Of a DNA stretch of 64,000 nucleotides, positions 26,905 to 39,659 are shown piece after piece. Within the stretch, counting starts at the first letter, position 1, and the number at the start of each line of letters is the position of its first letter. The notes under the pieces are model-generated. The model worked only from the letters and a program-made list of their open reading frames with translations, had not been told where the DNA came from and did not search any database. Source of the stretch: Azolla caroliniana (lineage: Eukaryota; Plantae; Polypodiophyta); the NCBI GenBank assembly GCA_043228905.1, contig JBHGNT010000004.1, positions 12,400,001 to 12,464,000 of the forward strand, written 5' to 3'. A program made the translations under genes and the position numbers.

Positions 26905-27136
26905 GAGGGAGAGAAAATGATTATGACAGCGATATATTATGTGAGAAGAATATACAAGGAAGGCTAGGAGGCTTAAGACTAGCGTTGAACCGATTTGGTT
27001 TGAAATAATGCCTTGTGCCTCCTTTTCTAGTGTTCTCAGGTGTAGTCCTAAAGCTTCTAGAATGTTCCAGAGAAATCTGGAATATACATTAATTTTCTAT
27101 AGTAAAACTTAAATAAAAATAATATCCTATGTATTG

Positions 27137-27205
27137 CAATAGATAGTGTAATGGTCAAGAGCTCGACCTATGTAACATAAGATCATGGGTTCCAATCTTG
27201 ACATA
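27137..27205 (+). ncRNA. tRNA-derived Pol III cassette in the element F LTR, antisense to the element (copy at about 37745-37813)
   Basis: A box TAGTGTAATGG at 27144 and 37752; B-box variants GGTTCCAATC and GGTTAGAGTC (consensus GGTTCGANTC); U8 to G53 is 45 nt in both copies. Confidence 0.72.
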
Positions 27206-27774
27206 TCATGACACTATCCTCCCTTTAAAACGACGAGTGTCATGAATCATTTTGGATTGAGGACTCGGTTTATCTGGATATTGACGATGGAAGCCTTCAA
27301 GAAGAGCATGAGCATTGGTCACATTCTCTATTGGTTCCCAAGTACACTCGATGGAACTATATCCTAGCCAATCGACTAAATAGTAGAGCTTGTTGCAAAT
27401 AATCTTGGAATCGAGGATGGCGGCAACCTCGTACTTAGGTCCATCTTCAAGTTCGATCGGGGGTGGAGCTTCTGCTCCGTGTCACTACACTTCTAGCGAC
27501 CTAGGAGGTTATCGGCAGGGTCTTCCTCCGCCTCCTCCTCTTGGGTTCTGATATTGATCTTCGTTGCCAAGGGGTCCGGCTTTTGTTCCTGTCGACGTAG
27601 CTTGATTTTAAGAGGCCTTAGTGGTGGCTCCACGGGTGTCTCTGTCTCTACTTGCCTCTTCTAGCTAGGTGGTTCCTTCCCTTGCTGCGAGGTATTGCCC
27701 TCTTTCCATACAGGCGTGTGCTTGGCCAGGAGTTACTACCGTTTTGAAGTTTTGTTGGGCATGGTCTCCGTTAC

Positions 27775-28300
27775 TCAAACCTGCTTCTTAGTCCTTACTG
27801 GCTCCACCGGTGGCGCCAAAAGAGTCAGCCATTGAGCCACGACCATCCATAATTTCTTGCCGTTCTGCATTGATTCTATCGCCATCCACAAGCAATTGAC
27901 GATGATTACCGACCAATCCACTTGCACCCCTGTGTATGTAGCAATGATAAAACCGTCTTTGTTCTTTGGCATTGCCGAGGGTCGGGGGTACACGAACCCA
28001 TACTCGTGGAGGACATGAGCCACTTCTCTAAATAAGGGGTCCTCCCCGTCTTGTGTCTGGTGAGCCTTACTAGGGAGGGAATACTCGCCAAAAAAATAGG
28101 TTAGCGTTTCAGGAGAAGGGTTCTCGATGGAGGGGATGCCCCCTTCCGGCAGTCCCATTAGAGCGCAGATGGCTTCCTCCGTTATGACTTCCGTGTTGAT
28201 TTTCTACATGACTTCGTCTGCTTCGTCATGGGGAGGTGCCTCTGCTATCCTCAAGAAGTCTCCCAACCCATGTTGGTTGAACCATTTCTTGGCTCTAAAG
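27775..28300 (-). pseudogene. Extra sense ORF downstream of integrase in element I (putative plant transposon protein/env-like)
   Basis: KWFNQHGLGDFLRI...ITEEAICALMGLPEGG...VDWSVII pattern; one internal stop. Family assignment by motif resemblance only. Confidence 0.5.
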
Positions 28301-31300
28301 GTAATACTGGCTGTTGTGGCATGCGTGCTTGTTCCGTTGGCTGGTCCATTCGTTGACACAGATCACATTCCTTCGTATATCGAACCAAGTTCTTTAGTGT
28401 CGCTGGCCACCATAAGCCGATGCGCCATATTTTGTTTGTCGTAGCTTCTCTGGCATAATGTCCTCCAGCGACCCCACAATGCGCTTCCTGTAAGATGGTG
28501 TCTTTTTCATCACTCCAGACCGCTCGCCACCATATGTTGTCTGCTCCTTTATGATATAGTGTATCCTGCACTAGAGAAAATGGTCTGCTTTGCACCGCCA
28601 ACCGTTTACACTCATCCCGGTTCATCCCATCTGGGGGTTGTCCGGTGCTTAAGAATTGGTGCATATTCGTTACCCATTTGTCCTCGTCCGCAACTGTCCA
28701 TCTATGATGGTTTCCGCTGTAATTTTAAACAATGCGGCATCCGAAAATTCATCTTGAACACTATCACCAGTCTCTCCGGATTCTAACCGACTCAAGTAAT
28801 AGGCAAACACGTGTTGTATACCCGGCCGGTGATAGATCTCAAATTCAAATTCTTGTAATAATAATGTCCACCGGGACAGCTTGCCGGTGAGTGATGCCTT
28901 TGAGACCAAGTATAAAAGCGTTGAAAGGTCTACATGGAATGAAAACTTGCGGCCCAACAAATAATGACGGTATTTGGTGACATTGTATATCATTCCTAGG
29001 GCTTCTCTTACCGTAGTGGAATAATTTCGCTCTGCCTTTCACAACTTCCGGCTAGTGTAGTACACCGGCCAATACCACTTATGTTCGGTAAGTTGCATGA
29101 GTACGCTGCCGATTGCAATATCTGACGCATCCACGAAGACATGGAACTCTTTGGACCAATCCGGGGGTTGTACCACTGGTGCTTGTAACAACATTACCTT
29201 GAGTGCATGGTACGCCTTGTCCTCTTCATCCATCCATTTAAACGGTGTCCGGTGTACAGTTGCGTGTAGTGGCATGGCGAGGTTTGCCAAGTACCGGAGC
29301 ATCCGGCTATGCCACCGGATCTGTCCTAAGAACCGGCTTAATGCCTTGGTGGTCATCCGTGCCGATGCCTGCAAAATAGCCTTGACCTTATCCGGGTCCA
29401 TGGCAATCCCCTCCTTGCTAACAATATGACCCAGCAATGTGTCGCTAGTCAAACAGAAGACACATTTTGCCGGGTTTAAGCTTAATCGGTATCCTCTGCA
29501 CTTTTCCAAGCATAACCTGAGATGGTCGAGATGTTCCCCTTTCCGTCTATATACTGCAAAATCATCCAGGAATACCTGCATAAACGCCGGTATGAATTCT
29601 CCAAATACTTCCATAATAATCCTCTGAAAGGTTGCCGGTGCCGTCTTGAGTCCGAACATCATTACAACTGCTACAAAGACTCCCCATTCTGTCACGAACA
29701 CTGTCTTTTCTTGATCGTCCGGGTGCATCCTTATTTGGTTATATCCGCTCAAACCATCGAGGAAGCTATAAACCTCGTGCCCGGCTACCGCATCTAAAAC
29801 TCCATCCATAAACGGAAGCGGAAATGCGTCGATAATCGTTGCCGCATTCAATTTCAGTAATCCACGCAGACATGGATCTTGCCATTCTTCTTCGGCACTA
29901 CAACAATTGGACTTAGCCAAGTGGCTTTCTTCACCAGCCGGATAAAACCAACCCGGAGTAGCATGTCAATTTCCTCCTTTACTCTTGCCATGTAGTTTAG
30001 GTTCATCCGATAGCGTCGTTGTGCCACCGGCTTAGCATCCTTGCTGAGGTGAATCTGGTGTTGATAAAGTTGGGGGTCAAGTCCCCACATATCTTCATAG
30101 GACCAGATGAATACGTCCTGGAATTCTTCTAATAATGTTGTCATTGCCGATTTGTCTCCCAGTGACATCTCGTTGGCCACGTGTACCGGACGCGCTTCCT
30201 CTCCGGTGCCCAAATTTACTTCTTCTAGTTGGGACGCCTTTACTTGTTGGGATACCACCATTTCCCATTCCAAGGCCTCCTATGCTTGCCTCAGTTCCCC
30301 GAGTGCATCCTTATCTGGTTCCACCCCGGCCTCTTCCGTTTGCACAATGTATGGAGATACCGCTTCTGCTACGTCCACTTCGAACAGAGGGACTATCCTT
30401 GGGTTCTCTTCAAGGTAGTGATCCACCTCATCGTCGGCCAGTCCTGCCAGCAGCATGTTCATGCTTTCGGCATATAGTGGGGTTATGTCTTTGCCGGGGC
30501 CTGCTTGCAGTTGCGTGGGTACTCTTACTTTCGCTTTCCCCCTTCGGAATTGTTTTCCTACTAGTTCTGTTTGATATGGGCCGTCCTCAGCCATGGTCGT
30601 CCTAGCAGCAGTGGATATGGACTACCATAGAAATTCGGAAAGCATGACCTTCGATCGTCACCTCCAACTCCCAGATCAAGCCGGTCGGTCGGACTGAGCT
30701 GGTGTCCGCCATCCGGAGCCAGAATGGGCATAGTTCCCACTCCTAAATTCCCAAAATGTCACATGTCTGGAGGCTTATCACATTTACTCTTGATCGGCCA
30801 TCGATTATCGTACCCGGTAGCTCCCGTCCTTTAATAATCGTAGTGATTGCAGGACTGCTCTGGATTTGAAAAGAATGCCAGAGCCGGTGCAGGACTTAAC
30901 GGAGCCATCACCAATTTCAACCCGTCGGTGAACTGGGGCACTAGTTGCAGTAACTGACCCTGATTTGGCATTCTTGAAGTGCTTGCTATGTGGGGTTCTC
31001 TGGCTTTTCCTTTACGGTGAGTTCCTCCACTACATTCGTGTGCTCTTTCATTTCGGTGACATTGTGTTCATTGGCCTTTTCAATCCATTCGGTGGTCTAT
31101 TTTCATATGGCCTCCTGTGCTTGCCATTTTGCCATCTTTCCTTTTGATCTGGTGGTGACTTCCGAGTATTGCTAGATTCTGCTTTTGGTTTGGTACCCTG
31201 TTGAAATTCGGTTACCGCTCGGTTAGGTTCTTCTGTTCTTCTTTGTTTCGGTTGGGCGCTACTTATGCCTCTATATAGCTCTCGTTGGTACTCCTTTTCC

Positions 31301-32459
31301 GGCTCCCGACGATCCTCTTTCCGAAAGTTCCGTTTCTTAATAAAGTGTTTGTTGTTCTTGTAACCTTGCCCGTGCCGGTCTTCATAGTCGCCTCGTTGGT
31401 CCTCCCTCCTCTGGTTGTAGCTTGGAGAGTAATCGCGACCATACCGGTCACCGTTATAATCTTGGTTCCTATCATACCGGTCCTGGTCATAAGCTTCCCA
31501 TCACTGGTCGTAATCTGGTGAGTAGTCCCGTTCATATCGATCTCGATTGTAGCCTTCCCTGCGTCGGTCGTCGCGATCGCGCCCATAGTCGTTGCGTATT
31601 CTATTTTTGTACCGATCCCCACATTCTGGTCGGTATCGGCTCTCCCTCTGGATTCGTTCGTCGTCTGGTTCGTGACTTCTATGTGGTTCAATGATCCGCA
31701 TCGGGGCCGCTTGTCGGTTGAGCAGGCTGTACTCGCATCGGTCCGTTGTGTGTGCCCGTGAGTGGCAAATCATACACTGCATCCTCATTGTGCAGTCTAC
31801 TATTGAATGGCCCAGGTTTAGACACATTGTGCATTGCAACGCTTGGCGAAACCTGAGATCCTCCTGATTTGGAAGGGCCCTTTGCAGGGCTCCCATCGTC
31901 ATCTGGGAGCTATGTTTATCCATTTCTAGCACGCGATCGATGACTTGATCCATTGTGTTGGCTTGGAAATCTAGTATCCCGCACATCGTTTGGAGGGGTT
32001 CCCTTAGAGCGGCCAGAAACACCGCTTTCGCCTCCTCCAGAGGTACCCTTGTTAACTGGTTGTGTAGTGTTTGAAATCAGATGATAAATTGGGGCACTAT
32101 CTCCTGCTCCTCTTGGTGGGTTTTGTAAAATTCCCCGACTAGTTCGTGTTGTTCCACTTGCCTATGGAATAGTCGAAGGAATTTTGTTTTCAAGGCCTCA
32201 AATGTGGCAAAGCTTCTGGGTAGGTGATTTGCGTGCCAGTAGGCCGCCGGTCCCTCTAATGTCATGCCGAATTCGTCAATTTTTGACCGTTCAATTTCTG
32301 GTTAGGTCAACCTTTAGGATACATGATTGGCTTCCCATGTTTGTAGGAACGCATAGACGTGTGCCTCCGCTTCAAGGTCATCACAGTACTTCGAATATGG
32401 GTACGGCATGGTGTAGTCTTCGGAAGGTTGTACCGGAGATGTGTCGTTTAGTTCTTGCT

Positions 32460-32625
32460 TTGCGGGTGGTGTTGGTGCATGGTTTTCTGCTTCCTCCGCA
32501 GTTGATGTTGGCATGCGGTTTTCCGCTATCTCCGCGGGTGGTGTTGGTGTGCGGTTTTCCGCTTCCTCCGCAGGTGGTGTTGGCGCGTTTTTTTCCGTTG
32601 TCTCCGCGGGTTGTGTTGGTGCGCG
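32460..32625 (-). repeat. About 33-bp tandem repeat in gag of I encoding PTPPAEEAENR-like units
   Basis: ORF 32314-32715: APTQPAETTEKN APTPPAEEAENR TPTPPAEIAENR MPTSTAEEAENH APTPPA. The peptide units are 12 aa, so the period may be 36 bp. Confidence 0.8.
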
Positions 32626-35600
32626 GTTGAATTCGTCGTCCTCCAAATCGTCCAGAGTATCGTGGCTGCTTTTGTAATTCGAAGAATACCTCCGAGTCTC
32701 CGTTGCCTCCGGCAAGCGTCCGCAGTTGCGCTTCTACCTCTTGCAGGCTTGTAAGACTACTGCCCTCGTCGGAAAGTTGTTGTTTTTGGAACCGAAGTGC
32801 TTCTTCCACGACCCTCCAAAGCACTCTGGGAAAAGACCAATCCTGATGGATCTCCTCGGTCGCTTGCTGGAAGGCTTCCCACCTTTGTTGTCTTTCGGCA
32901 AGTCTCCTTCCTCGTTCGGTGCCTTGGTCGTTAGACGATCGAGACATCCATCCCCCGGTGTTCTCTACTCACTGCAAGAATTGTGGTTGCCAAAAATTGT
33001 GTTATCCCTTAGGTTGGACAAGCCCTAACACAGGGTGTCCCTATGGAACACTTCACTAAAGGGTGGTATGGGGAGATATGGATAAACCGTGGTATTGAAT
33101 GGCTCTTAACCGGTTACTAACGGACATTGTTGATGATCGTAACAGATGCGTAAGATTAATTATATTAAGCATAGGACGGTAACCAAATAGATACTAAACA
33201 CTATGTAAAATAACAGCACTTCTTTTAATTATCCATCTTTGATTACATTCTTGTCGGGTCCTTTTATAGGTCTCCGACTGAGTTACAAACCGGAGCCAAC
33301 CGGAAACCGGCAACGATCCGGTCCGGATCCGAATCGGCATACTGATTCTGGGTCCGTTTGTCTGCTTCTCAAAATGACATAATAACATAATTAAATCCTT
33401 ATTAATTTCAACTCCCTATTCCTAATTAAACACCCCTTTCACATTCTGGACTCTAATTGGCCCTTTGTCCTTGCCGGCCAACAGTCCTAGAATGGTGCTG
33501 TCTTGATAGGGTTCGAGGAGAGAACTATGAAACACTAGATGTATGCGAAGTTTAGGGTTTAGGGTAGGTCGAGATGAAAAGTGACATCATTAATCTTTCC
33601 GATAATACGAAAAGGACCTAATCACCGATAATCCAACTTCTCGCATGGGCGAGTAGTCTTGATGTGTCGTCGTAGTAGCCATACCCGATCTCCAATGTTA
33701 AAACTATATGGAAGCCGATGAGGATCCATGTAAACCTTGTGTGTTTGTTGAGCTTGTTGTAGATGAGTAGATAAATCTGCTTTGTATCTTGCATAACCGC
33801 TCCTAACGATCCTCTGCGCAAGGATTTGTGGGTAACTCTGGGGTTTCAAATACACACCACCGGGGGTGACAACCCGTATAAGCATAAAATGGGGTAACTT
33901 TAGTCGATGAGCGGAGAGCGTTATTATAGGCAAATTCGGCAAGGTGGAGAATATCCGCCCAGTTATCTTGATGATAGCTTAGAAAGCACTGAAGATACTG
34001 CTCCAGCATTTGATTTGTTCATTCTGCTTGGTCATCGTTTTGCGGGTGCTAGCTTGAGGAGAGGTTACAAGTGACCTTGGGCATTTTAAAAAGGTGCTTC
34101 CAAAATTTCGAGACGAACTAGGGTCCACAGTCGTTGATGATATTATCAGGAAGGCCATGATGCCGACATACTTCACGCATGAGAATTTCGGCGGTTTCTT
34201 CACTGGATATTTCCTTATTACATGGCAGGAAATGAGCCATCTTTGTATATCAATCTACTACTATTAGAATTGCATTGAATCCCTTAGAGACTGGAAGATC
34301 TGTGATGAAATCTAGAGCAATGGATTGCCATGGCTTGCTTGGAATTGGTAATGGTTCTAATAAACCATATGGATGATGCCTTGACATTTTTGCTCTGCAA
34401 CATGTATCACAAGTCCGAACAAAATCTTCGACAAATTGTCGCATACAGGGCCACCAGAATGATTGTTGTATACTAAATCTAATGTCTTAGTACTACCAAA
34501 ATGCCCAGCTGTATATGTGTCATGACAGTTTTGGACTACTCGAAGGCGGCAAGAACCATTAGGAACATACAAGAGTTTCTTAAAGAATTGTGATCCATCA
34601 TGACATTCGAATTGTCGATAGTCCGTACTTGGTTGTTGCAACTGTGAACAAGATGCTCGAGAGGGATCAATTTGTGCTAGAATGGCTTGGGTGAAAGCAT
34701 TTGTCTTCAAGTCCTCACGTATGGTATCGATAACATGGGAATCCAAGGGCATGCCGAAGACCTGTGTTCCTTGCAGTCGTGTCGGTCCCAAGACTACTTG
34801 CTTTTGGTTATCAAAAGCTAGCTCGCCGGGATACGATGCTAGATATGAACGCCGTGATAATGCAACTGCTTCCCTTGGTGCTTCCCCAGACGATATGTAA
34901 TTTTGAAGTCGAAACGCGTGAGGAATTGGGCCCACCAAGCTTGACATCGATTTAACACACGAGCACTCTCAAAGTAGGCAAGGTTTTTGTGATCACTGAA
35001 TACAGTGACTTGATGAGAGGATCCCTCTAGAAAATGCCTCCATTGCGTAAAAGAGTCCACTATTGCTAATAGCTCCTTATCATGAATTTCATAGTTGATT
35101 TCGGCGGCGTCAAACTTGTGTGAGTGGAAAGCCATAGGATGTAGTTTTCCATCATTACCTTGTTTTGACAAAATGCTACCTAATGCGAAATCCGACGCGT
35201 CCGCTTCCATGATGAATGGTTTTTTCGGATCAAGGTGAGCTAGAATAGGAGCTGATGTAAATGCCTTCTTAAGATTCTCAAAAGCCATGTCCACTTCTTC
35301 AGACCAAACGAACGATTGTCCCTTCTTAGTAAGTTGTGTGAGAGGCAGAACAAGCTTTGAGTAATCCTATATAAACTTGCGGTAGAAATTGGCAAAGCCT
35401 AAAAAGCATTTCACATCTCGCAACGAACGTGGATTTTGCCACTGTACCACCATTTTGACCTTAGTTAGATCCATGGAGATGCCTTCCGAGGAGATGACAT
35501 AGCCCCGAAATTCCACCTGGTTGCACTCGAAACTACATTTTTCCAGCTTTGCATAAAGACCATGTTCTCGAAGTCATTTTCGTACTAACAGTACATGAGA

Positions 35601-36098
35601 ATCATGCTCTTCTTGGGTCTTTGAATAAACCAGTAGATCATCCAAATAGATGATCAAATAAACATCCAAGAGACCTCGCAATATGTCATTTGCCATGTGT
35701 TGGAAGACTGTTGGCACATTAGCGAGGCCGAATGGCATGACCGTATACTCGAAGTGCCCATATTTGGTGCGAAACGCGGTCTTCCATTCATCTTGTGGTC
35801 GGATCCGTACGAGGTTATATGCTCCCCATAAGTCGATCTTCGTGAAGAACATTGCACCATTGATCTGTTCTAAAAGACTTGAGATAAGGGGAAGTGCATA
35901 CCTATTTCTTATGGTGACCTTATTCAAGCCATGGTAATCCACAACGAGACGAAGTGATCCATCCTTTTTCTTGATGAAGAAAATGGGTGCGTCGGTTGGA
36001 GATTTCGAATGCCGAATGAAACCATTTTCCAAACTCTCCTCTATATAGGCTCGAAGGACTTCTAGCTCTAAGGACTTCCACTAATGGGCTACAGAGAT

Positions 36099-36151
36099 CT
36101 AGGGTTGTCCAACCAAACAACTCCTATTTTGGCTAGACTTAGTCGTTTAAC
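36099..36151 (-). promoter_or_regulatory. -1 frameshift signal at the gag-pol junction of F
   Basis: Minus strand G TTA AAC gactaa gtctagccaa...ttggttggac aaccctag, same layout as in B. Confidence 0.75.
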
Positions 36152-37387
36152 TCTTCTTCTAACTCACTAAGGACATCAAATTTGTTCGCTAGATTTGGGC
36201 TATTAGTACTATTAGGACTATCATATATTCCTACTGAAATAGACTCGGGTTTAGTACAATTAGAACTAGCAACTATTTGGTTTACCTATCTTCTTGGCCT
36301 ATGGGGACAATTTACTGCAATATGCCCTGGTCCACCGCAATAAAGACATAGTCGATTTGCTCAACGTCGTTGCTTTTCTTCTTCTGATAATGGTACGCGA
36401 CGACGTGTAGTGTCAATCTCCATCGGGGTTGAAGTATTCACTGGAGACGCATTATATGACTCCCTCAGTAAAGGTTTCGCTACCACTGAGGCGTAGGTGG
36501 GCTCTGATCTTGACCTCGGCATCTGGAATTACCGTTCCAAACGTCGTTCGAAAAGGCAGTTCTCGCATCTCACTACGCGACTGATTGCTTATGTTAATGA
36601 CTTTGGTTCTTCGGGGAAGGTCAAGAGTAAATCCTTGACATCGTTGCATAAACCATAACGAAATTGCTCCACCAATTCTTGATCATCCCAAGGGATATCG
36701 GCTGCAAGTAGGCGGAAATCTGCAGCATATGCGAAGGCTAGACGATCACCTTGGCATAATCGTCGGATTTTGTTGATTGTTGTCCTTATGCTGTCAGTAT
36801 CTCCAAAACAGGCTTTAAACTCACATATAAATTCTTCAAAATTGTTTAGTAATGGAAACTCCTTTTCTAACAACGGAGCGAACCATGCCAATGTTGAGCC
36901 ACTAAGTAGAGTGCCTACTAGTCCCACTCATGATGCATCAATGGGATATCGAGAAGGATGCATTTGAATCACTAAACATACCTGATTCAGAAAACCTCTA
37001 AACTATGATCGGGTCCCATCGAATTTTGCAGGAAGACTGATCTTGGGTTCTTTGTGAATCCCTTGAGTGCTTGATCCTTGTTGTTTTAGTGATACAATAG
37101 TCGCATCAAGTTGTTGTACACGCAACGTCAGCTCCCCGTGTTGTTGTTTTTCCAACGTTATTTGTTGAAGATCCCCCAACAAACAGTGATTTTCTTGTTC
37201 TAGTGCTACAAAATTCTCTTTTTAGCACTGGAGCTCCGAGAAAACATATTGGTATTCCTGAGCGCTAACAATTTCCATTTTACTAGGGAGGATAAGTGGT
37301 AAGAAGATGAGGGAAACCAGAAAGAAAACCGGAAAACTGGGATATGTAAGAAGATAAAAGGAAGAGGATGAGACGGAAGGAGGGAAA

Positions 37388-37399
37388 AAATCGGTTCAA
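37388..37399 (-). promoter_or_regulatory. Self-priming PBS of element F
   Basis: aaatcggttcaa (+) is the 12-nt reverse complement of ttgaaccgattt at 37594-37605, which begins about 33 nt downstream (minus strand) of TATAAAA at 37638-37632. Confidence 0.8.
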
Positions 37400-37936
37400 A
37401 CTATCAGGAATAGTATTGAGACAGAGAAGAAATTAGTACTAAGAGAGGAATATTAGTACTAAGAACAATAGAGGTTGTAGAACACTCGAGAGAAGGATAG
37501 AGAGAGAGTGAGAGATTGAGGGAGAGAAAATGATTATGACAATGATATATTATGTGAGAAGAATATACAAGGCTAGGAGGCTTAAGACTGGCATTGAACC
37601 GATTTGGTTCAAAATAATGCCTTGTGCCTCCTTTTATAGTGTTCTCAGGAGTAGTCCTGAAGCTTCTAGAATGTTCCAGAGAAATCTGGAATATACATTA
37701 ATTTTCTATAGTAAAACTTAAATAAAATAATATTCTACATATTATAATAGATAGTGTAATGGTGAAGAGCTCGACCCATGTAACATAAGGTCATGGGTTA
37801 GAGTCTTGCTATATCATGACAGCGTCAAATCTTAGCTCGCGGCATCATTCGAAATGAAGGATCTCCGTGACCTTTATTACTTCCTCGGGATCAAAGTGAT
37901 CCGCACTCCAGAACGACATGCGACCAATAAGGTTCC

Positions 37937-38674
37937 TGATGATGAGAGAGAGGAAAAAGATAGAGAAGAGTAGATGAAGAGAAAAAAATACTTCAATACA
38001 CTATTAGGAAACCAACATCATCTTCTTAGACTCTACAAATAACAAACCCAAATAACTCTACTCTAACCTCAATGACAATAATTGAAAATAGTCTTTTCTT
38101 CTTCACCCTTTCTTCTACTAAGCTTCTTCTCACTTCTTCTAGCCTTCTTATTCTACCTCCCTTCTTCTTGTAGATATTCTCTTCTTACTCTCTCCTTTTC
38201 TTGTAGATCTTCTATTCTTCTTTCCTCCCCCCGATTGCTAAGAATACCTTCATATTTATAGGTTTTTAGTTGCGTTATTCTTGCTTTTTCATTTTCTTTT
38301 CTTTTTACATATGCTCAAGTGTATGTGATGCCTTTTTCATATCATTATTTCTGTTTTATGTTTCCAAATTTATCACAAACGAAAGCTCTCTTCGTTAGCT
38401 TTATTATGAATATTTTATTTTGAAATTTGGATAAGAGATGAAGAAGTTATGCACTTTTTTCTCTACCTTGCTTTTTCTGCCTTTTTCTTGCATTTTCTTC
38501 TTTTCTCTTTTTTCTTGGTTTTTCTATTTTTGGAAAACGCCTCTAACTTCATATTCCTTTAATTTCATTCTTCTTTTAATATTTGAACTTTTCACATTGT
38601 GCTTTATTTTTTTATACACCTTAACATCCGATGTATTTACCACGGTCTTTTCTTACGAGCAAAAATTGACTTCA
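37937..38674 (-). mobile_element. Probable solo LTR inserted in the RT of E
   Basis: 738-bp AT-rich insert with TGA...TCA ends splits E's RT (flanks ggttcc and ggtttc); TATAAATA on the minus strand near 38253-38260. TSD imperfect. Confidence 0.6.
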
Positions 38675-39659
38675 CGGTTTCGATAGATGGCCAAAAGCCT
38701 TATCTATCTGACCATCACCTGGTCGGACTGATTAGTCAATTTATGGCGCATCGAACCGTGGAGCACGTTCAGTGTGCACACCAAATACTGACGTACATCA
38801 ACGGCAATAAGGACAGGCGATTGCTGTATCAGACCAGTGTAGCCTGACAGCTTGTCGGCTATACGAATGCCGATTTGGCCGCCAATGCTGGCGATCGTAG
38901 GTCTACATCGGGATATGCATTTTCACTTGGAAGCATTGTGGTCACTTGGAGCAGTAAGAAGTAGTCGATAGTAGCACTATCGAGCACCAAGGCCGAGTAT
39001 CGAGGAGCGGTTGTCGCGACATGCGCAACCATATGGCTCAAGAGGCTCCTGAAGGATCTGCGAGTGGAGGTGTTTGATCCAACGACGATCTATTGCGACA
39101 ACCTCAGCAGCAGCCAGTTGGCAAAGAACCCCTTCTTTCACACCCGAACCAAGCACATTGAGGTCCACTATCATTTTGTCTGAGAGCCCATTCTCTCCAG
39201 TGAAGTCGAGCTGATGCATGTTCCGACGGATCAGTAAGTGGCCGATATCTTCACCATGCCCCTAGGCTTACACAAGTTGCGGAAATTTTCCGGTACACTG
39301 GGTGTGCAGTACCTCGATATGATGAACCTGAGGGGGAGGAATGAGAAAGATGACACGGAAGTTGAGTCGGAAACTGATTTCGACTTCGGTCCGACTAAAG
39401 AAGTTGGACTGCACAGGACAACTGAAGAAGCTGAGACCGGATGCAGGGGGAGCCACCAGAATGGAGTGTCCGAGCCTGAGCCAACCAAACAAGGGGGAGG
39501 TAAAATCCAAGAAGGGCAGGAAGACCAAGACACGGACGTGGGCCAATTTCATGAAAGGTCTCAGAATCGAAGATAGATTGGAGACAACCAATTCGAACAA
39601 GACTTGGAATGAATCGAAAGCAGCTGATTCTGAAGAAGAGTTTGATTTGAAATCAGTTG

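Larger units (their letters stand above)
27480..33483 (-). mobile_element. Element I: non-chromovirus Ty3/gypsy (Athila/Tat-superclade-like), 3'-truncated, integrase core deleted, extra 3' ORF
   Basis: Single LTR 32998-33483 (TG...CA); PBS tggcaaccaca; gag with two CCHC knuckles (CTMCLNLGHSIVDC, CMICHSRAHTTDRC); RT FLDGLSGYNQI...VFLDDF; RNH FVDASDIAIG; INT zinc finger AHCGVAGGH...CDLC. Confidence 0.88.
26772..37821 (-). mobile_element. Element F: Ty3/gypsy chromovirus related to B, inserted in the RT of E; protease region deleted; carries element I
   Basis: LTRs 26772-27213 and 37402-37821; perfect TSD GCGTC; PPT next to 27214; gag ATG at 37278; RT ORF 35574-36032 (IYLDDLL), RNH 34839-35294, INT, chromodomain about 27230-27460. 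Confidence 0.95.
23079..39655 (+). mobile_element. Element E: Ty1/copia related to C, interrupted by F and a solo LTR; 3' LTR missing
   Basis: 5' LTR about 23079-23492; PBS tggtatcagagc at 23493; gag ATG at 23603; INT/RT fragments to 26771, resuming at 37822-37936 and 38675 to about 39655 (RNase H, ADIFTMPLG, 3' extension). Confidence 0.88.
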
